Below, piece by piece: positions 58,224 through 64,000 of a stretch of 64,000 nt of DNA (position 1 is its first letter; the number at the start of each line of letters is the position of its first letter). Source of the DNA: an uncultured Actinomycetes bacterium. Lineage in GTDB: Bacteria; Actinomycetota; UBA4738; HRBIN12. The stretch lies in NCBI GenBank assembly GCA_963704725.1, contig OY969934.1, forward strand, positions 512,001 to 576,000, written 5' to 3'. The notes below the pieces were generated by a model. It had not been told where the DNA came from. It saw only the letters and a list, made by a program, of their open reading frames with translations, and made no database searches. The position numbers and the translations under genes are program-made.

Positions 58224-59600
58224 GTGGGGATGACCGCGAAGGCGAAGGAGGGAAGCGCCGCGCGTCCCGCGCGGGGCGGATCGCAGGACCTGTTCTACGC
58301 GTCGGGGGCCACGGCGGAGCTCCCGCGCATCGTCCGCGGTGAGGGCGTCTACCTCTGGGACGACGTCGGCAACCGGTACCTGGACGTGGCCTCGGGCGCG
58401 TTCCTGTCGAACCTCGGCCAGGGCAACGAGCGCGTCCTGCGAGCGATGCACGAGCAGGGCCGGCGGTTCACCTACTCGTACGTGCGCAACACGCGGCACG
58501 ACGCCAACGTCGAGCTCAGCGAACGCCTGGTCCGGCTCGCCGGTCCGGGCTTCGATCGCGTGTTCCTGTGCTCGAGCGGGTCCGATGCGATCGAGGCGGC
58601 CGTGCAGATCCTGCGCCAGCACGCGATCGCGATCGGGCAGCCGCAGCGCCATCGCGTGATCACGTTGATGCCGAGCTACCACGGGGGCACGCTCGCCACG
58701 ATCGGGCTGGGCGGGGATCGCGCCACCCCCGCGGTGTACGAGCCGATGGCGGTGTTCTCCGAGAAGGTGCCGGCGCCGCTCACGTGCCGGGCCGAGAGCC
58801 CGGAGGCGGCGGCCGTAGCCAGCGCTCGGGCGCTCGAGGAGACGATCCGGCGGGTGGGGCCGGAGTCCGTGCTCGCGTTCGTGATCGAGCCGGTCGGGGG
58901 CCAGTCGAGCGGGGCCAACGTGCCCGATCCCGTGTTCTTCGCCGAGGTGCGTCGCATCTGCACCGAGCACGGGATCCACCTGGTGTTCGACGAGATCGTC
59001 TCGGCCTTCCGGACGGGGCGGTTCCTCGCCGCCCACCACCACCCCTCCGCGCTGCCGGACGTCGTCGTGCTGGCCAAGGGGCTCGGAGCGGGCTACGCGC
59101 CGCTCGGCGCCGTGCTCGCCCCGGCCCGGCTCGTGGACCGGCTCGCCGAGACCACCGGCTTCCACGTCACCCGGTCCTCCGACGCCAACCCGATCGCCTG
59201 CGCCGCGGGGAGCGCGGTCCTGGACGAGGTCGTCGAACGCGGGCTCCTCGAGCGCGCCGGGGTGATCGGCGACCGGCTCCGGACCGGGTTGGAGCGCCTG
59301 GCCGCCCGCTCGCCGCTGGTGGGCGAGGTCCGAGGCCGGGGCATGCTCCTCGCGATCGAGCTGGTCCGCGACACGTCATCGATGGAGCGGTTCGATCCCG
59401 ACGTCGACCCGGCCGACCGGGTCCGCCATCACGGCGCTCGCCACGGGCTCCTCGTCTACTCGCGCCGCCAGAACGCCGGCACGTTCGGTGACTGGATCCT
59501 CGTGACCCCGCCGCTGGTGATCACCGAGGACGAGTGCGACGAGCTGCTCCTCGGCCTGGAGCGTGCCGTCGACGACGCCGCGGCCGACCTGCTGACCTGA
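58224..59600 (+). CDS. Class III PLP aminotransferase
   Basis: RGEGVYLWD..YLD, SGSDAIE, SYHGGT, IEPVGG, FDEI, AKGLGAGYAP, RGRGML. Confidence 0.92.
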   Translation: MGMTAKAKEGSAARPARGGSQDLFYASGATAELPRIVRGEGVYLWDDVGNRYLDVASGAFLSNLGQGNERVLRAMHEQGRRFTYSYVRNTRHDANVELSERLVRLAGPGFDRVFLCSSGSDAIEAAVQILRQHAIAIGQPQRHRVITLMPSYHGGTLATIGLGGDRATPAVYEPMAVFSEKVPAPLTCRAESPEAAAVASARALEETIRRVGPESVLAFVIEPVGGQSSGANVPDPVFFAEVRRICTEHGIHLVFDEIVSAFRTGRFLAAHHHPSALPDVVVLAKGLGAGYAPLGAVLAPARLVDRLAETTGFHVTRSSDANPIACAAGSAVLDEVVERGLLERAGVIGDRLRTGLERLAARSPLVGEVRGRGMLLAIELVRDTSSMERFDPDVDPADRVRHHGARHGLLVYSRRQNAGTFGDWILVTPPLVITEDECDELLLGLERAVDDAAADLLT

Positions 59601-59616
59601 CCTCGCTCTGGATCCG

Positions 59617-59937
59617 TCACGACCCTCCGGTCGTGGCCGGCGCCGGTGCCGGCGCGGGAGCCGGAGCGGCCACCGTGCCGCCCGGTGACGACCCGCCACC
59701 GGCGGGGACGTATCTCACCGGTGCGGTCGTCCTCGCGGGGGTGATCACGACGCGCCTCGTGATCTTCTTGACCAGGATCACGGGGCTCGTCGGTCCCGTC
59801 GCCGCGTTCTGCGCGGCGGGCTTGGGGGCCGCGGACAGGGCCACCCACGGGGTCAGGAACGCCAGCCCTCCGGCGATCCACGCCCAGAGGCGGAGGATCC
59901 TCCTGGGTGTTCGGCGACTCGGGGCACGGTCAGTCAT
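59617..59937 (-). CDS. Small membrane-anchored protein with Pro/Ala linker ending in TTGGS
   Basis: TM helix LWAWIAGGLAFLTPWVAL; APAPAPAPAPATTGGS; overlaps upstream stop. Confidence 0.6.
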   Translation of the reverse strand: MTDRAPSRRTPRRILRLWAWIAGGLAFLTPWVALSAAPKPAAQNAATGPTSPVILVKKITRRVVITPARTTAPVRYVPAGGGSSPGGTVAAPAPAPAPAPATTGGS

Positions 59938-60244
59938 CGTGGAAGCCACCCGAGGACTCGCCCTCGCCCTCGCCCTCGTACCCGTCGTCCTCCCCGAACG
60001 AGGCGGACCGCGGAGCCGAGACCTGGGCCGGAGCGGCGATCGTCCTGATCACCGGGGCGGGGTCCCTTCGTGCCTGTCGGTGCACCGTCACGGTGTGATG
60101 GATCGTGCGGACGTGTGGCGCCACCGCGGCGACGGATCCGGCCTGAGCCTGGGGGCCGATGATGCCGCTGGTGAACGCAACGGTCCCCGCGAGCAGCGCC
60201 GAGACGAGGGCCGCGGCGATGATCATGGCTGCACGCTTCTTCAT
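59930..60244 (-). CDS. Small secreted/anchored protein with acidic C-terminal tail
   Basis: SD AAGGAGG; MKKR plus hydrophobic helix; EDDGYEGEGEGESSGGFHDD. Confidence 0.65.
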   Translation of the reverse strand: MKKRAAMIIAAALVSALLAGTVAFTSGIIGPQAQAGSVAAVAPHVRTIHHTVTVHRQARRDPAPVIRTIAAPAQVSAPRSASFGEDDGYEGEGEGESSGGFHDD

Positions 60245-60381
60245 GCTGCACCTCCTTCGTTCATCGGTCCCACGGTACGGACCGGCTCGCTAGCCGGATG
60301 TCAGGCCGCGGTTAACTCACCGCCAAACCTGGACGAAGGGAGACCTTTCGGGAGCGTTGCGTCCGAACGGGGTTCGGCGCG

Positions 60382-61257
60382 TCAGCCGTCGAGGACGCTC
60401 AGGTCGAGCGTCGCAAGGCGCTCGGGTTCGGCGACCATGTCGATCGCCACGATCCTGTCGCCCGTGATCGTGAACTCGAACACGACCTTCGTCTCGCCGT
60501 GCGAGGCCCACACGAGGCCGGCGGCCCCGTTCACGAGCGCCGGGCGCGCGGCTCGGGCCCGGCCCGAGAAGGTCTCGGCCACGACCTTGGCCCCGCGGAC
60601 CTCCTTCGCGACCCCCATCTGCACGGCGGCGAGGTCCGCCCGCAGCACGACGTCCGGATCGAGCACCGCGAGAAGTGCGCCGAAGTCGCCGCTCCGCGCG
60701 GCTGCCAGGAAGGCGGCCACGACCTCGCGCAGCCGGGTGGGGTCAGCGTCGGAGGTCGCGGTCGACCCCCGCACCCGGCGCCGGGCCCGGCTCGCCAGCT
60801 GCCGGGCCGCCTCCGGTGAACGCTCCACGATCGGGGCGATCTCCTCGAAGGGCACGTCGAACATGTCGTGCAGCACGAAGGCGAGCCGCTCGGCGGGCGA
60901 CAGGGTGTCCAGGACCACGAGCAGCGCGAAACCGACCGAATCGGCGACCATCGCCTGGTGCTCGGGGTGGATCGCCTCCTCGGGGCCCACGGCAGGGTCG
61001 GACGCCCGCGCGTCCAGGGGCTCCTCGCGCCGCGACGTCCGCGAGCGGAGCATGTCGAGGCACACCCGCGCGACGACGGTCGTCAACCATCCGCCCAGGT
61101 TCTCGATGCCGCTCGTGTCCGAGCGGCCGAGCCGCAGCCACGTCTCCTGGACGGCGTCGTCCGCGTCGCTGGTCGAGCCGAGCATCCGGTAGGCCACCGC
61201 CCGCAGGTGCGTGCGGTTGGCCTCGAACCGATCCGCCAGCCAGTCGCGCTCGTCCAT
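60382..61257 (-). CDS. ECF sigma factor, ECF41/SigJ type with C-terminal SnoaL-like domain
   Basis: AVAYRMLGS..DDAVQETWLR, WLTTVVARVCLD, ERLAFVLHDMF, RQLASRARRRV, DPDVVLRAD, LVNG. Confidence 0.92.
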   Translation of the reverse strand: MDERDWLADRFEANRTHLRAVAYRMLGSTSDADDAVQETWLRLGRSDTSGIENLGGWLTTVVARVCLDMLRSRTSRREEPLDARASDPAVGPEEAIHPEHQAMVADSVGFALLVVLDTLSPAERLAFVLHDMFDVPFEEIAPIVERSPEAARQLASRARRRVRGSTATSDADPTRLREVVAAFLAAARSGDFGALLAVLDPDVVLRADLAAVQMGVAKEVRGAKVVAETFSGRARAARPALVNGAAGLVWASHGETKVVFEFTITGDRIVAIDMVAEPERLATLDLSVLDG

Positions 61258-61292
61258 GGTCACGTTCCCCCGATCGGGTGGGTCATCCTAGT

Positions 61293-61319
61293 GACGCGCG
61301 AGCACCCGCCCGTGTGACC
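61293..61319 (-). promoter_or_regulatory. ECF41-type autoregulatory promoter
   Basis: GGTCACA-N16-CGTC on the minus strand upstream of the sigma gene (ECF41 consensus TGTCACA-n16-CGTC). Confidence 0.65.
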
Positions 61320-61352
61320 GGCGGGGGTCGTCGGCGTCTCGAGGAGAGGGGT

Positions 61353-62591
61353 GTGAGGGTGAGGGCTGCGATCCCGGCCGTGTACCGGGGGCTGCTGCGG
61401 GATCGTCGGACACGGCGGTTGCTGATCGGTCTCGGGGTCTCCTCGCTCGGCGACGGGATGAGCACGGTGACGATCGCCTGGCTCGCCGTGCGGGTCGCTC
61501 CGGCCGGCCGGCTCGGGGTGTTCGTAGGGCTCGCGGTGGCCGCCTACACGCTGCCCGGCGTGATCGGCGCGCTCGCGTTCGGCAGGTTCCTGCGTGCTCG
61601 CCCCGCCCGAGCGCTGGTGCTCGTCCACTGCCTGCTCAGGACCGGCTTCCTCGGCGCGGTCGTGGTCCTGTGGGCCGCCGGCGCGCTCGCTCCCGCCGCC
61701 TACGTGGCGCTGCTGGCGGGGTCCTCGTTGATGACGGCGTGGGGGAACGCCGGCGAGTACACGATGCTCTCCGAGCTTGGCGGGCCCGAGGGTCGGCTGG
61801 CCGCGAACTCCCTCGCCGGCGCCCAGGTCTCGTTCGCGGTGATCGTCGGGCCCTCGCTGGCGGGGCTGCTCATCGCCTGGATCGGCCCGGGGTGGCTGAT
61901 CGCGATGGACGCCGCCTCCTTCGCCTTCCTGGGCATCCAGGCCTGGCGGACCCCGACGGGCGCGGCGACGAGCGAGCGGCCGGTCGATACGCAGGCGGCG
62001 GAGTCCGGTTTCCGGCTCCTGCTGCGCCGACGCGACCTGCTGAACCTGACGGTGCTCACGTGGATCTTCTTCTTCCTGTACGGCCCGGTGGAGGACGCCC
62101 TTCCCGTCTACGTCGCCCACGACCTGCACGCGCACGCGCAGCTGCTCGGCGCCTACTGGACGGCGTTCGGGGTCGGGGCGCTCGCCGCCACCCTGATCAC
62201 CGGCACGCTCCGCGGCCACAACATCCGGCGGATCACGCTGGCGATCGTGGCCGGGTGGGGAGCGTGCCTGATCCCGTTCGGCTTCGCGCCGGTGGGGGTC
62301 ACGCTCGCCTGCTTCGCCCTCGGCGGGCTGATCTACGGGCCCTTCATCCCGCTCACGTACGCCCAGTTCCAGGCCGCCTCCTCGACGGCCAACCTCCCCG
62401 CCGTCCTTGCCGCCCGCAGTGCGCTCATGTTGGTCTCGACACCGCTCGGCACGGCGATCGGCGGCCCACTCGTCGGCGTCCTCGGCGCGTCGGGGACGCT
62501 CGCCGCATCGGGCGCCGCGACCGTGCTGCTCGCCCTCGTCGCGGGTCTTCTGAGTCGCTCGCGGTCCTCGGCAACCACCGGGAGCGCCTGA
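61353..62591 (+). CDS. MFS transporter (DHA3/macrolide efflux-like)
   Basis: SSLGDG, AANSL, IVGPSLAG, MDAASF; multiple TM helices. Confidence 0.85.
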   Translation: MRVRAAIPAVYRGLLRDRRTRRLLIGLGVSSLGDGMSTVTIAWLAVRVAPAGRLGVFVGLAVAAYTLPGVIGALAFGRFLRARPARALVLVHCLLRTGFLGAVVVLWAAGALAPAAYVALLAGSSLMTAWGNAGEYTMLSELGGPEGRLAANSLAGAQVSFAVIVGPSLAGLLIAWIGPGWLIAMDAASFAFLGIQAWRTPTGAATSERPVDTQAAESGFRLLLRRRDLLNLTVLTWIFFFLYGPVEDALPVYVAHDLHAHAQLLGAYWTAFGVGALAATLITGTLRGHNIRRITLAIVAGWGACLIPFGFAPVGVTLACFALGGLIYGPFIPLTYAQFQAASSTANLPAVLAARSALMLVSTPLGTAIGGPLVGVLGASGTLAASGAATVLLALVAGLLSRSRSSATTGSA

Positions 62592-62609
62592 GCGCGAGTG
62601 TCGCTGAGG

Positions 62610-63206
62610 TCAGAGCGCGGCCACGAACCGGCCACGGAGCGAGAGCGTGAGGATGCCCAGACCCGTCCCGTTCGTGATGTTCCGGCACTCGATCGCGCCC
62701 GCGTAGCCGCGCTCGTCGGCGACCGTGAACGTCACCGTGCACTCTCCCTGTGTGTATTGCTGTCCCGAGACGTACAGGAACCGGTCCTGCACCTCGACGG
62801 TGACGATGAGCCCGCGAGACGTCTCGTGCGATCCGGCCGCGCCGAAGCGCTCGCCCATGATCTGCAGGCTGTTCGCGGCGTTCGCGCAGTTCCTCGCGTC
62901 GCACCACGTCGCCGAGAACGAGTCGAGCGCGGCCAGCGACAGGTCGAGCTCGGTCCGGATGTCGCCGGTGACGGTGAGGTGAGCTCGGCTGGGGCCGAGA
63001 GGCTCCGGTTCGGGCGAAGGCGAAAGCGAGGGCTCGGGTGCAGACGACGTGGACTCGGACGGTGTCGGGGAGATCGTCGGCAAGCTCGTGGGCTCCTGCG
63101 CCGAGGCGGACGACGGGGCCGACTCGAGCGATGAGGAGGGTTCCCCGCAGGCGCTCATCGCGATGAGCAGGAACGCGGCCACGAGCGTCGCCGAGCGTCT
63201 CAGCAC
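62610..63206 (-). CDS. Hypothetical lipoprotein with Ser/Pro-rich linker
   Basis: LRRSATLVAAFLLIAMSAC lipobox; four further Cys in a beta-rich domain. Confidence 0.6.
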   Translation of the reverse strand: MLRRSATLVAAFLLIAMSACGEPSSSLESAPSSASAQEPTSLPTISPTPSESTSSAPEPSLSPSPEPEPLGPSRAHLTVTGDIRTELDLSLAALDSFSATWCDARNCANAANSLQIMGERFGAAGSHETSRGLIVTVEVQDRFLYVSGQQYTQGECTVTFTVADERGYAGAIECRNITNGTGLGILTLSLRGRFVAAL

Positions 63207-63302
63207 AGCTCGAGGCTGAGGGAGCCGATGACGATCGGCGAGGGGCCTTCGCCCCGGGCCGGGTGGGCCGTCGAGGCGTGTGCCCACGGATGTGCGCGAA
63301 CC

Positions 63303-64000
63303 TCACCCGTCCGAAGTGAGGACCCGGCGCAAGGTCTGCGGCGAAGGCGTCGGGTTCTCCCGTCTGGCCGTATTCGCCGCCCAGGAAGCCGCCGTGTCCG
63401 CCGGGGAAGGTCACCGGCGTCGTCCCGAGCCGATCCGCGACCGCGGTCGCAGCGCGGCCGGCCATCGCCGCCCCGCTCTCCGCTCCGATGCCGATGACGA
63501 TGCGGGTCGGCGCCGCGCGCAGGGCGTCGAAGTCGTGCTGGTACGCGAGGCTCGAGATGATGTTCTGCCCGACCAGCGGGTCGTCCCGGAGACGGTCGTC
63601 CTCGGTCGGCAGCCCGAACATCGCCGGATCGGGTGCGGGCCGCTCGGCGTAGTCGACCGGCAACGGGCCTTCGTGGCTGGCGAGAGCGAAGAACTTCGCC
63701 ATCGCCGGCCCGAGGCCCTCGCGGTAGTACGTCTCGCGGATGTCGACGCAGGCGGCCAGCACCTGCTCGCGGTCCGGCAGCGCCTGGCCGGCCGGCGGCT
63801 CGTGTGCGACGAGCGTCCGGACCTGCTCTGGATGGCGGGCCACGAGCGCGAGCGCGTTCACGGCCCCGCCGCTGCTGGCGAAGACGTCCACGGGTCCGGC
63901 GTCGACGGCCGAGATCACCCGGTGCAGGTCGTCGGCGTGCTCGTCGGGCGTGGTCTCGGTGGCGCCGTCGGTCCGCTTGCTCCGGTCCACCCCGCGGGGG
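63303..64000 (-). CDS. Alpha/beta hydrolase, 5' truncated by window edge, +1 frameshift near 63336
   Basis: FASSGGA nucleophile, VAHEPP, FPGGHGGF; natural end LRRVLTSDG* restored by removing one base. Confidence 0.85.

Noticed and set aside
59636-59670. Short GCCGG(T/C/A) tandem repeats
   Set aside because: Encode the Pro-Ala linker; not CRISPR or REP
62425-63302. Long C-terminal extension of the alpha/beta hydrolase
   Set aside because: Result of a +1 frameshift; overlaps a lipoprotein gene

Overview
High-GC bacterial chromosomal segment, very probably Actinomycetota (CsnR-type ROK operators, MMPL, ECF41 sigma, leaderless TANNNT promoters). It is densely coding, with about 64 genes and no rRNA, tRNA, CRISPR array or recognisable mobile element. 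Main blocks: (1) a group-2-like sigma-70 gene with a divergent tiny acidic protein; (2) an expanded CsnR-type chitosan/glucosamine-oligosaccharide regulon at 8.4-20.9 kb with two matching operators; (3) a hemerythrin, DsrE, TusA, MvhD, HdrA, HdrA', winged-helix, QmoC-like redox locus at 22.6-29.1 kb that lacks HdrB and AprAB; (4) a MarR plus DrrAB-type ABC exporter, cellobiose phosphorylase and asnA; (5) a BxlR/BxlEFG/GH3-like sugar cluster; (6) a two-component system beside an acyltransferase, and a glycerate pathway trio; (7) a right-hand region with several +1 frameshifts (probably consensus errors), a lower-GC orphan gene, and an unannotated promoter-bounded ~250-nt structured RNA at 57.87-58.12 kb. 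That RNA carries a small ORF and 20 nt of complementarity to the 16S rRNA 3' end. The Hdr/Qmo-like sulfur-relay locus and this RNA are the best candidates for undescribed systems. All calls come from reading motifs by eye; no searches were run.
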